A DNA stretch of 64,000 nucleotides, from assembly GCA_965369325.1 (NCBI GenBank), contig CBDUQI010000002.1:5873-69872 (forward strand). The letters are read 5' to 3'. Source of the stretch: an uncultured Gammaproteobacteria bacterium (GTDB lineage: Bacteria; Pseudomonadota; Gammaproteobacteria; Steroidobacterales; JBCBZW01). The position numbers and the translations under genes are program-made. Position 1 is the stretch's first letter. Every line of letters starts with the position of its first letter. The notes beneath the pieces were generated by a model. The model worked only from the letters and a program-made list of their open reading frames with translations. It ran no database searches and was not told the DNA's origin. Positions 10,049 to 19,108 of this stretch are shown here, piece after piece.

Positions 10049-12571
10049 TTGCCGCCGTTCAATCGCCCCTCCCATTTGCACGTTGTTCGCAGTCTGCTGG
10101 TATTGCTGATCTGCCTGGCCGATAGCGTCCTGGGGGCTTATGCAGTGGCCGGTCAAGCCGCCGTCACCTACCACGAGCCGCTAAGGCAGTTGCGCTATCT
10201 CAGCGCGCAAGGGCAGATGAAACTGAACGCTGGCGAGCGTTCGGATGCCGTACAGCGCATGCAGTTTTCCGCTTTCGGCCGAGTCTTCGACTGGCAACTG
10301 GCGCCCAACCACGCACTGGTGCCCGCCCGTACCCGCAACGGCGATAGTGATGAGGTAGTGCAGTTGCTGCGCGGCCAACCTGCCGAGGATCCGCACGGTT
10401 GGGTACGCGTTGCGATCGTGGGCCATCAGGTTTATGGGATGGCTCGCGTGCATGGCGAGTTGTATGCCATTGAGCCCGCCCAGGACCTGGCCCCGTATAC
10501 GGATGTGAGCGACGCCGCGGATGCGGACGCCTCCAGGATATTCAGGGTGGCTGATACGCTGTTTGATCACGCCGACCGGGTGCTGCATCCCCCGTTGGAC
10601 AATGAGCAGAGCATCGCGCCAGCGCGGCCCGCGCCTGGGTTGCCCCTGGCCGGCAAGTCGCACCCGACGCGCCAGGCGGCCGGCGGGCCGCGCAAACGTA
10701 TTCAGATCGGCCTACTGGCCGACGCCGCGTACAGCGCCCGCTACGGGACGCTTTCGGTCCTTACCCAGCAACTACTGATTCGCGCCAATCAGGTCGACGG
10801 GATTTTCGCCGAGCAGTTAGGCGTTCAAATTGAGGTAGTCGAAGTCATCGGTTTTGAGGCAGATCCGGGCGCCCCTGCCGATCCGTTTTCCCAGAACGAT
10901 GCGGAGCAGTTGCTGGATGAGGTCGCACGCTACAAGTCCACCAGCGCAATGTCTTCGCTCGGGTTGGTGCATCTGTTCAGCGGGCGCGATCTGAACGCCA
11001 ATACCGTTGGCATCGCCTACCTGTCCACCATTTGTTCCACCCGCAATAGCGTAAGCCTCACGCAGGCCTCCGGCAGCGCCACTCGCGATGCACTGATTGC
11101 CGCGCATGAGATTGGGCACAACTTTGGCGCCCCCCATGACGGTGAGGCCGGGTCGGCCTGCGCATCCACCGGCAACGGCTTTTTGATGCAACCGGCGGTG
11201 AATGGCTCGGAAGTATTCTCCGACTGCAGCCTGCAGGCTATGCAGTCACTGGCGAATAACGGGCTGTGTTTGCTGCCTGCTGTGCAGACGCAATTTGCGC
11301 TGTCGGCCAGCCTGCCCGAGGTGCTGGTTCTGGGGGAGCCGACTGATCTTGAGATCGCGGCGACCGTGAGTGCGGCCTCTGGTGTATCGCAGTTCCATCT
11401 GGATGTTGACATCGGGCCGGCCGTGTCCGTGCTCTCGGCAGTGCTGGTCGGTGGTTCATGTGTGCCGCAAGGGCAGCAGATTCGGTGCACCCACCCCGGC
11501 ATGCTCAGCGGTCATCGCGCCGTGCTGCAACTGCAACTGTTAGCGCAGGAGCTTGGTGCGGCGAGCGTGCAGGCGCATGTTTACGCGCCGGACGACCTGT
11601 CGGTGTTCGAGGACCGCCTGAACACCGATTTGACCGTTGCCGCGGGGGTGGATCTGTTGGTGTCGGTGGATCAGGCGTTAGTGCCCGTGCGCCCGGGTGA
11701 GCAGATTCGCCTGCGGTTTGACGTGGCCAACGCGCTGAGTCAGGCCGCTCACGGGGTCAAGCTGCACATCGATACTGATGATACGACCAGGCTCGCGCTG
11801 GCCAGCGATGACCCGGCCTGCCAGATGGCGGGCAATATACTCAGCTGCGCGCTGGGCACGTTGACCGGCGAGCAAGTGGGCGGAGTGGAGATTACCGTCG
11901 CTGCGGCCAGTGATGCGCTGACCGATTTGGATCAGTTGATCCGAAGTATTCGCGCAACGGTCAGTGGCGATCTGCCCAATCTGAATCCGGCCAACGAGCT
12001 GGCCACCGCTGCGGTGGCGGTGGTTGGGGCGATCGTCGATCTGTCCGCCACGCTGCAAACGGCGCCCAACACGGTGCAGGAGGACCAGACTGCTACGTTT
12101 GACTTGATGCTGAGCAATCTGGGGCCGGATAACGCACAGGATGTGTTGCTGTCGGTCACCCTCTCAAGCTCAGCCGCTGCGCTGCAGTCAGTGCGCAGCA
12201 GCAAAGGGGAGTGCGAGTTGCTGAGCCAAGTGGACATGGTTTGCGAGATTGCCAACGTGGGCAGCGGCGAGAGTGTGCAACTAAGCGTGGACGCGCGCGG
12301 GCAGAGCGCCAACGATGTCACCCTGGGTGTGGCGACCTCCAACGCCGCGTTCGACCTACAAGCCTCCAACGATAGCCTGAGCACCGGATTTGCGGTTAAG
12401 GCGACCGCGCCGGGCGGTACCCTGGGCGCCTCAACCAGCGCGGGCGGTGGGGGCGGGCTCACCTCGCCGGCGTGGCTGCTCGGGCTGATTGCGCTCATTC
12501 GGGCTCGCCGCTGGCGCCACGCGTGCAGGCGCACCGTGGTATTGGCGGCAATGATGCGCCGCACCGCCTGA
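10049..12571 (+). CDS. Secreted reprolysin-like (M12B-type) zinc metalloprotease with DUF11-type repeats and GlyGly-CTERM-like tail
   Basis: HEIGHNFGAPHD at 11104-11139. About three DUF11-like Ig-fold repeats lie in the C-terminal half. The tail reads AGGGGGLTSPAWLLGLIALIRARRWR. I place the start at TTG 10049 (AGGGAAGAG upstream; signal LHVVRSLLVLLICLADSVLGAYA), but it is uncertain. The track start at 9803 adds about 80 implausible residues. Confidence 0.8.
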   Translation: MPPFNRPSHLHVVRSLLVLLICLADSVLGAYAVAGQAAVTYHEPLRQLRYLSAQGQMKLNAGERSDAVQRMQFSAFGRVFDWQLAPNHALVPARTRNGDSDEVVQLLRGQPAEDPHGWVRVAIVGHQVYGMARVHGELYAIEPAQDLAPYTDVSDAADADASRIFRVADTLFDHADRVLHPPLDNEQSIAPARPAPGLPLAGKSHPTRQAAGGPRKRIQIGLLADAAYSARYGTLSVLTQQLLIRANQVDGIFAEQLGVQIEVVEVIGFEADPGAPADPFSQNDAEQLLDEVARYKSTSAMSSLGLVHLFSGRDLNANTVGIAYLSTICSTRNSVSLTQASGSATRDALIAAHEIGHNFGAPHDGEAGSACASTGNGFLMQPAVNGSEVFSDCSLQAMQSLANNGLCLLPAVQTQFALSASLPEVLVLGEPTDLEIAATVSAASGVSQFHLDVDIGPAVSVLSAVLVGGSCVPQGQQIRCTHPGMLSGHRAVLQLQLLAQELGAASVQAHVYAPDDLSVFEDRLNTDLTVAAGVDLLVSVDQALVPVRPGEQIRLRFDVANALSQAAHGVKLHIDTDDTTRLALASDDPACQMAGNILSCALGTLTGEQVGGVEITVAAASDALTDLDQLIRSIRATVSGDLPNLNPANELATAAVAVVGAIVDLSATLQTAPNTVQEDQTATFDLMLSNLGPDNAQDVLLSVTLSSSAAALQSVRSSKGECELLSQVDMVCEIANVGSGESVQLSVDARGQSANDVTLGVATSNAAFDLQASNDSLSTGFAVKATAPGGTLGASTSAGGGGGLTSPAWLLGLIALIRARRWRHACRRTVVLAAMMRRTA

Positions 12572-12657
12572 GCGCGCTGTTAAACCTTCTCGCGCCCCGG
12601 CGCATCCAACTATCACAACAATGGACAAGGCCCACTGCATGCACACTGCCGTGCGGC

Positions 12658-12714
12658 GGGTGAGAATGGCGCCTGCGGGGGCATCGTGACTTCTGGTCCA
12701 TGCGGGGTGAGAAT
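12658..12714. repeat. Two direct copies of GGGTGAGAAT upstream of the 12740 gene
   Basis: Exact 10-mers at 12658-12667 and 12705-12714, 47 bp apart, 25 nt upstream of the ATG. Each contains a -10-like GAGAAT. Confidence 0.5.
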
Positions 12715-12739
12715 AGTAACGAATGCTGGGGAATGTTAA

Positions 12740-13576
12740 ATGAATACATGTATTTATGCGCGAAATGGGTTGGCGGCGCGGCGCTCGTCTGCGGGTTACT
12801 CCCTAAGTGTGCTTGGTGCAGCGATGGGGTTGGTGTTGGCACAGGCGGCGGCGGCGGGCAACTGGGATTCATGTCGCTACAGCGATGATCGCGAGGCCAG
12901 CTTCAAACTACCGGCCTCTGGCACCGTCTCGGTGCTTGCCGGCCCTGGTGCGCTAGTGGTGGAGGGCACCCGCGGCCAGCGCGAGGTGCTTGTGCGAGGT
13001 CGGGCCTGCGCGGATGACAAAGATGATCTGGCGGAGATCCAGATTGCCTCGCGCGCCCGCGGCGATGATCTGGAAATCATGGCCGAAATTGGCCGTCGCG
13101 ACTACGAAATACGCGGCAGCCTGGACCTGGAAATCAGCGTGCCGTCGGACCAGCATCTGGACATCATGGACAGCAGCGGCTCGATGGAAGTGCGCGAGGT
13201 GGCCTCGTTACGCGTCAGCGACAGCTCCGGCAGCATGAAACTCAGGGGTATCCCAGGCGAGGTGCATATCGTGCAAGACAGCTCGGGCGAGATTGATGTT
13301 CGCGATGTTGGCGCTTTGCGCATCGATACCGATGGCTCCGGCGGAATCAACGTGGACCGAGCCGTCTCAGTGCGTATCGACCAAGATTCCTCCGGTGGTA
13401 TCGAAATACGCCACGTAGATAACGACGTGGAGATCGGGGTGGATTCCTCCGGCTCGATCAGCGTGTCCGACGTGGGTGGCAACTTCTCTGTACGTGCAGA
13501 CAGCAGCGGCAGCATTCATCACCGCCGCGTGGGCGGCAGTGTGGATGTACCGGAGTACAAGCGGGACCACTACTGA
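12740..13576 (+). CDS. Secreted beta-strand-repeat protein (DUF4097/DUF2807 GIN-domain-like)
   Basis: Hydrophobic signal-like N-terminus. About seven repeats with a period of roughly 20 aa, built on D-S-S-G-(S/E/G)-I/M-x-V (DSSGSMEV, DSSGSMKL, DSSGEIDV, DGSGGINV, DSSGGIEI, DSSGSISV, DSSGSIHH). Confidence 0.7.
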   Translation: MNTCIYARNGLAARRSSAGYSLSVLGAAMGLVLAQAAAAGNWDSCRYSDDREASFKLPASGTVSVLAGPGALVVEGTRGQREVLVRGRACADDKDDLAEIQIASRARGDDLEIMAEIGRRDYEIRGSLDLEISVPSDQHLDIMDSSGSMEVREVASLRVSDSSGSMKLRGIPGEVHIVQDSSGEIDVRDVGALRIDTDGSGGINVDRAVSVRIDQDSSGGIEIRHVDNDVEIGVDSSGSISVSDVGGNFSVRADSSGSIHHRRVGGSVDVPEYKRDHY

Positions 13577-13606
13577 CAGATGAGTGTTGAGGTGGCCGGG
13601 TTTGCG

Positions 13607-14728
13607 CTAAGACGCGGACGCGGCCACCGTGACGTCGCCACTGCGGTTCGGGTCGACGCTGCTTGGCTTGCGCTGCAGTAACTGCTGCCAGTTGATGGCA
13701 GCATCGTGGCAATCCGGATCGTCCAGCGCACATCCCACCCACACATAACCGGCGGTCGGTGGATGCACCACATAGTGGGTGGCGGAGAACTGGTAGCGCA
13801 GATAGTTAAGATCGGTGGCGAAGCTGCCCTGGCTGCCATCGCGGCCATCGCCCGGTCGCAGCAGTGCGGTGCGCCGGTTGGCCGGCGAATCACACACCCA
13901 TTTGCCGCTGTCGCGGCCCAGCCCCTCCGCGCAGGCGTATACCACCACGGGCTCGCTGCAGGCGTTGACCAGTTCTACCTGCAACATGTCGACCAGATCG
14001 TGCGTCTGGCCGGGTTTGATACATCCGTTGCGAGACTTGATGCGCCCGTCGCTGACGGGTTTGCGGGCATTGGCGGCGGGGCGTGTGCTGGCCGCCCGGG
14101 GCCCGGCAAACACCACTTGTTCCGTGGCGCTGCGGCGGCCTTCTTCACCGGCCGGCAAGGCCGGATAGCGCCAGCGGCGCACGGCTGCAATGGCCTCAGC
14201 GTCAAACATGCGGCGCGGGCTGGCGGACGTTACCCGCGCACCGCTGACCGTGCCGTCGGGGGCGATATCCACACGCACTGTCACCCGTCCGCTGCGCCCG
14301 TTGGCGGCATCGGGGTAGTTCGGTTCGATCTGGATGATCGGGCGCAACGCAGGTGCCTGCGCAGGATCCTCGCCCGGGGCGCTCCCATTGCTGGCATCGG
14401 TGACCACCGGTTGGCCAGCGCGGTCTTCGCACACCTGGCAGCTTTGCACCAGAATTTGTGGGTCTTTGCCCCGGCTGAGCCATGCTTCGCGTGATTCCCC
14501 GCCGACCACAGTGCTTACCATGGGCTGCCCGTCGATGTAGTAGTCCACTCGTGAGCAGGCCGCGCTGTTGCTCTTGACTGTCACCCAGCCGGCCTCAGCC
14601 TGCACGGATGCCGCGCAGCTGTCGGTGATGGTGGTGCAGTCGCAGCGATACTCGGCCAGCAGTTGGGCAGGGGCCAGCGCAAACGCAGCCAGCGCCATCG
14701 AAGTTGTAATCGTTTTACCGTCAGTCAC
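13607..14728 (-). CDS. Periplasmic TonB C-terminal-domain protein flanked by Cys-rich domains
   Basis: TonB_C-like core PIIQIEPNYPDAANGRSGRVTVRVDIAPDGTVSGARVTSASPRRMFDAEAIAAVRRWRY. GTG 14728 has a GAGG 8 nt upstream and yields the signal VTDGKTITTSMALAAFALAPAQLLA. The track start at 14785 is possible. Confidence 0.7.
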   Translation of the reverse strand: MTDGKTITTSMALAAFALAPAQLLAEYRCDCTTITDSCAASVQAEAGWVTVKSNSAACSRVDYYIDGQPMVSTVVGGESREAWLSRGKDPQILVQSCQVCEDRAGQPVVTDASNGSAPGEDPAQAPALRPIIQIEPNYPDAANGRSGRVTVRVDIAPDGTVSGARVTSASPRRMFDAEAIAAVRRWRYPALPAGEEGRRSATEQVVFAGPRAASTRPAANARKPVSDGRIKSRNGCIKPGQTHDLVDMLQVELVNACSEPVVVYACAEGLGRDSGKWVCDSPANRRTALLRPGDGRDGSQGSFATDLNYLRYQFSATHYVVHPPTAGYVWVGCALDDPDCHDAAINWQQLLQRKPSSVDPNRSGDVTVAASAS

Positions 14729-14887
14729 GGGTATTGCCTCGGGGTTGACATAAACAAATCCCGCCAATTCTCTGACAACCAGCATACCCCAGTGAGCAAC
14801 ACCGCTGAAGCTGCACAGTCCCGGTTTTTACCGATGTATGTAAAAAAGAGCCAAAAAACATTGGTTTGGAGATACTGCGCGTGGGCC

Positions 14888-15759
14888 TCAGCTGGCCTGA
14901 GTGTTGATTGACCAGTCGTACTCTCGGTAGATCGTCTTATATCCGGTCGCGCGCGCCAGTTCCTGGCCCAGCGCTTCGGGCGCAATGCTGGCGATGTAAT
15001 CGACCACACCGCGCTGGGTTGGCAGCCCCAGTTGCCGCAGATGGTTAACGAAATCGCTGGTGTACATGTGGAAAATGTTGTTCAACTCGATCTGGCGGGT
15101 GTCATGGTTTACCCGTACATTGCGCTCATCGGTAATGAACGCCTGAGCGGCCTCATCCAGCATCAGGTCAAATTCATCGCCAGATTTGAGTTGCGTGGGG
15201 ATCAGCGGGCAGCTTCCGCTGGCGCAGTTCAGGACGAAATGTGCACGCGGGTCTTTAAATGGACGCAGGATTTTACTGTGCTCAAGATCGTAAAGGCTCA
15301 TCCGGCGCCCGCCCACGATAAACCGCAGGTTGTAGAAAAAGCCCAGGCCTTTCACCACCTCAATAGGGGCCTTCAGGTCGGTGACGCTCTGCAGTGGCCA
15401 GTGAGACAGTACGCCTTTGATCACGAAGGCGTTATACGCATAGACCCAGAAGGCCATCTGCTCGTTACGATCGGCAAAGCGCGTGGGTGCGGTGTCGGGC
15501 GTGTACAGCGCGATTGCCGCCAGATACTCATCCAGTTGCCGCTGCGCTTGTTGATCGTCGTGCCAGGCTTGATAGTCCACTTCGCCCTGGGGGTTCACGA
15601 AGCGGTTTAACAGTGCTTCGAAGCCATCATGGGAAAACCCGCTGGCGGGAAAGTCGGGTGCGGGCGAATCGGCCCCGTACAGCACGCGCGGCGCTGTGTT
15701 CCAGCGCCAGCCCAGCCAGGCGAGCGCGACCAGAATCAGAACTGCGATAATTATTTGCA
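14888..15759 (-). CDS. DUF547 domain protein with N-terminal membrane anchor
   Basis: MQIIIAVLILVALAWLGW anchor. DUF547-like core (FWVYAYNAFVIKGVL...HFVLNCASGSCP). ATG 15759 is used. The track's 420-aa version extends across the divergent 15884 gene and was rejected. Confidence 0.75.
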
Positions 15760-15883
15760 TAGCCCGTAAGTCCTTAGGTGCTGTCGTTACGATGCTGTCG
15801 GTGACATGCTGGTTACACAGCCGTTGCTTGAACGCGGCGTAAGCGGTCGCGTCAAGGTCTTGCCTGCTGTATGGTTCGCGCCC

Positions 15884-17197
15884 ATGGATGCCACCCTGCA
15901 CAACATGCTTGAAACGGCCCGTCGACTGCAACAGGACGGCCAGTTGCCCGAAGCCATCGCGGCCTATCGGCAGGCCTTGGCGCGCGACCCCTCTGACGGC
16001 GGCGCTTGGTTTGGACTGGGGCAGATCGCCTTTACCAGCGGTAACGTCCCCGAGTGTATCGAGCTGGTGCAGCGTGCGATCAGTTGCGACAAAACCGAAG
16101 GGGCGTACTACTACTATCTGGGTGTGGCGCAGTCGGCGATCGGCCGCCATGGGGCAGCATTGCGCTCAATGGAGCAGTCAGTGCGGTTGCGCCCGGCACA
16201 CGCAGGCGCGCAACTAAAGCTGGGGTTGCTGGCGTTGGATGCGGGTGAGCGCGAGCGTGCTGCGCGCGCTTGTCAGCGAGCGGTGCTGCTGGACCCGCGT
16301 TTGCAACAGCCCGAGCTGTTGCGTGACGCGGGCGAAGGCTTGCAACGCGAGGTTGAGCGGGCACGCAAACTGTTGCGCCAGACGTATGCTGAGCTGCTTC
16401 AGGGCACGCGTGACGCACTGGCCCTGGCGTATCCGGGCCAGCACGAGCGCATGGACAAATGCCTGCGCATGCTCGAAGGCGCCGCGCCGCGTGAGTATTG
16501 CCATCCGCAGCAGCGGCCCGAATTTCTGCTGATGCCGGACATGCAGGCGCAACCGTGGTTTGACCCGGCTAAGTTTGATTGGCTGGATGATTTGCGCGCT
16601 GCTTGCCCGCAAGTCCGCGAAGAGATGCTGCAGGTGCTGGGCGACGGGCAACGATTTGAGCCCTACGTGCACGGGGGCGACGATGGCGATGCGCGGGTGC
16701 TTACCCGCACAGGTATCGACATTACCTCGCTGGCCGAATCGCAGGACTGGACTGCGTTCCATCTGATGAAGGGCGAGCCGCAGGTGGAGAACTGTGCCTT
16801 ATGTCCAGCCACTACGGCCTTGATGGGGCGCCTGCCCCTGGCCAACGCCACAGGCTATGTGCCCGATGTGTTGTTTTCCATGCTTCAACCCGGCGCGCAT
16901 ATCCAGCCACACTACGGCCAGAACAACGTGCGCCTGACGGTGCACATGGGCCTTGAGGTGCCGGCGGACTGCGATATTACCGTGGGCGGCGAAACCCGCA
17001 CCTGGGAGAGCGGTGAGGTGCTGGTATTCGACGACAGTTTTTTACACGAGGCCACCAACCGAAGCGCGCAGCGCAGGGTAGTATTGATCTTCAAAGTCTG
17101 GAACCCATTTTTGTCGGATGCTGAGCGGTTTGGTATTGAGCATTTCTTTGCCAATCGCGAACGTTGGCTGAAACTGTGCGAACCGGATGCAACCTGA
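15884..17197 (+). CDS. TPR-repeat + aspartyl/asparaginyl beta-hydroxylase (Fe(II)/2OG) domain protein, paralog 1
   Basis: N-terminal TPRs (about 150 aa). C-terminal Asp_Arg_Hydrox-like motifs: HPQQRPEFLLMP, LQPGAHIQPHYG (about 16889-16918), RLTVHMGL, FDDSFLHEATNRS. No signal peptide. Confidence 0.85.
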   Translation: MDATLHNMLETARRLQQDGQLPEAIAAYRQALARDPSDGGAWFGLGQIAFTSGNVPECIELVQRAISCDKTEGAYYYYLGVAQSAIGRHGAALRSMEQSVRLRPAHAGAQLKLGLLALDAGERERAARACQRAVLLDPRLQQPELLRDAGEGLQREVERARKLLRQTYAELLQGTRDALALAYPGQHERMDKCLRMLEGAAPREYCHPQQRPEFLLMPDMQAQPWFDPAKFDWLDDLRAACPQVREEMLQVLGDGQRFEPYVHGGDDGDARVLTRTGIDITSLAESQDWTAFHLMKGEPQVENCALCPATTALMGRLPLANATGYVPDVLFSMLQPGAHIQPHYGQNNVRLTVHMGLEVPADCDITVGGETRTWESGEVLVFDDSFLHEATNRSAQRRVVLIFKVWNPFLSDAERFGIEHFFANRERWLKLCEPDAT

Positions 17198-18330
17198 GCG
17201 TCGGTGTGTCGTTTCAAGCAATAGATGCCGCCATCAGTGTCGGCGGACACTTTCGGTTTGTCGGTGAGCCGCTAGAGGCCTACCCGTTCGGGTCCGGCCA
17301 CATACACAATACCTTCAAGCTCAGCTGCACCGCCGGCTCGCAGACCCACTACTATTTGTTACAGCAGATCAATGCCCACGTATTCAGCGATGTACCGGCA
17401 TTGATGAACAATATCTCCCGCGTGCTCATGCACTCCCAGGCCAGTCTGCGCGTGCAGGACAAGGGTGACATCGCGCGACGTTGCCTGAGCGTGGTGCCGA
17501 CCCGGGCGAACCTTCCCTACCATGTGCACACCGACGGTAGTTACTGGCGCGCTTACCGTTTTATCGCGCAATCGCGCAGCTACACGGTGGCGACGACGCA
17601 GCAGCAAGCTTACGAAGTCGCTCGCGCGTTCGGGGAGTTTCAGCAACGGGTGGGGCGCTTGCCCGGCCCACGCCTGCACGAGTCTATCGCTGATTTTCAT
17701 CACACCCCAAAACGGGTGCAGGCGCTGCGCGATGCGGTCGCGGCGAATGTGCACAGGCGCGTCGAGCAGTGCGGGCCGCAACTGCGTTTTGCGTCGGCAC
17801 GCGCCCGGATCGCCCCAGCACTTATCGAGTTGCAGCAGTTGGGCAAGATCCCCGAGCGGGTCACCCACAACGACGCCAAGATGGATAACGTGTTGTTCGA
17901 CGAGCACACCGATGAGGCGTTATGCGTGGTGGATCTGGATACCGTGATGCCAGGCCTCAGCTTGTACGACTTCGGCGATCTGGTGCGCTCGTGCGCCAAT
18001 CGGGCGGGCGAAGATCACAGTGACGTGAGGCAGGTAGGTTTGGACATGCCACGCTTTGAGGCCATCGTCCACGGTTACTTGGCCGGCACCGGCGACATGC
18101 TGAACTCCGTGGAGATTGCCAACCTGGCCTTCTCGGCTAAGTTGATCAGTTACGAGCTGGGCGTGCGCTTTCTTACCGACTACCTATCCGGCGATCGCTA
18201 CTTCAAGACGCAATACGACGGCCAGAACCTGGCGCGCTGCAAGGTGCAGTTTGCGATGGTCGAGTCGATCGAGCAGCAGTATCGCGCCATGAACCGGCTG
18301 GCCCGCAGTATCGCAGGCAGCCCTGCCTGA
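17164..18330 (+). CDS. APH-family phosphotransferase (N-acetylhexosamine-1-kinase-like)
   Basis: YPFGSGHIHNTFKL nucleotide-loop region, catalytic VTHNDAKMDNVLFD and VVDLDTVMPG (Brenner/DxD motifs). The start is ambiguous: TTG 17164 overlaps the upstream gene by 34 nt, while GTG 17206 lies just after its stop. Confidence 0.75.
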   Translation: MAETVRTGCNLSVGVSFQAIDAAISVGGHFRFVGEPLEAYPFGSGHIHNTFKLSCTAGSQTHYYLLQQINAHVFSDVPALMNNISRVLMHSQASLRVQDKGDIARRCLSVVPTRANLPYHVHTDGSYWRAYRFIAQSRSYTVATTQQQAYEVARAFGEFQQRVGRLPGPRLHESIADFHHTPKRVQALRDAVAANVHRRVEQCGPQLRFASARARIAPALIELQQLGKIPERVTHNDAKMDNVLFDEHTDEALCVVDLDTVMPGLSLYDFGDLVRSCANRAGEDHSDVRQVGLDMPRFEAIVHGYLAGTGDMLNSVEIANLAFSAKLISYELGVRFLTDYLSGDRYFKTQYDGQNLARCKVQFAMVESIEQQYRAMNRLARSIAGSPA

Positions 18331-18344
18331 GCGCCGTGCGGGCT

Positions 18345-18509
18345 TCAGAAACTGGATGGGCCGAGCGGGGTGTCTAGCGTTGTGCCGGCAGCGGCCAGCG
18401 TGACCGAAGCTGTGGTGGTGCTGGCGTATGCGTTATTCGTCAGTACGCTGATGGCCAGACCGCAGAACACGACCAGGAAGGTGGCGTTAAGTAATTTTCC
18501 AGCTTTCAT
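18345..18509 (-). CDS. Small secreted pre-peptide (54 aa; predicted mature part about 25 aa, Ser/Thr-rich)
   Basis: ATG 18509 is preceded by a strong GAGGAGGG. Signal peptide MKAGKLLNATFLVVFCGLAISVLTNNAYA, then STTTASVTLAAAGTTLDTPLGPSSF. No homology recognised. Confidence 0.5.
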   Translation of the reverse strand: MKAGKLLNATFLVVFCGLAISVLTNNAYASTTTASVTLAAAGTTLDTPLGPSSF

Positions 18510-19108
18510 GTCGGCGACCCTCCTCAAGTTGGTCAGATGCATGGTTTCGTTTGTTATTAAAGCGATGAAACCTCGGAAACACCTCATCGCGGTTTCCCGA
18601 CCCCGGTGAGGCTTTCCGGTGGTGCATAGAGAGATTGTCTCCAAACCCGAGGGATTCAGCCAATCGATTGTAATTACGAATTTGATAGCAATTAACTATC
18701 GATCGTGGTTGATCTGGATGGCCCACATTCGGGGGCGGGCAGAAAATCGGTGGGGATTGCGCGTGGCTGTTCTCAACGCAGCTCGTGCGCCAGCAGCGCC
18801 TTGAGCATACGTAACTCGCGACGGATGGTCTTATATTTACTTTGAAAACAGTTTGTTATGGAGGGTGTCAGTGTTCCTGAGTCGGAAAAGCACCTGCATT
18901 TGAAACTATTTTGACACGATTTTCGACGCGTTTTCGTATTCCTGGGTAACTGCGGTTATGTACGGCGCCGGGCGCCAGCAGAAGCGCCGCTGAAAAAAAA
19001 TGCGATGAGGATGAGGTGATTTTCGTGGCTTATCGCTTTTAGTTTCAAACGCAATTTATTTGCCACATTCACTTAGCGATTTATCACCGACTTTTTAGGG
19101 GAAGACAC

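Noticed and set aside
13706-14494. 262-aa + strand ORF
   Set aside because: It is antisense to the TonB_C-domain gene, which carries a recognisable domain. Shadow ORF.
15760-16150. N-terminal 130-aa extension of the DUF547 ORF (track call 14888-16150)
   Set aside because: The extension overlaps the divergent TPR-AspH gene in antisense and has shadow-like composition. ATG 15759 gives a clean membrane anchor with an AGGA upstream.
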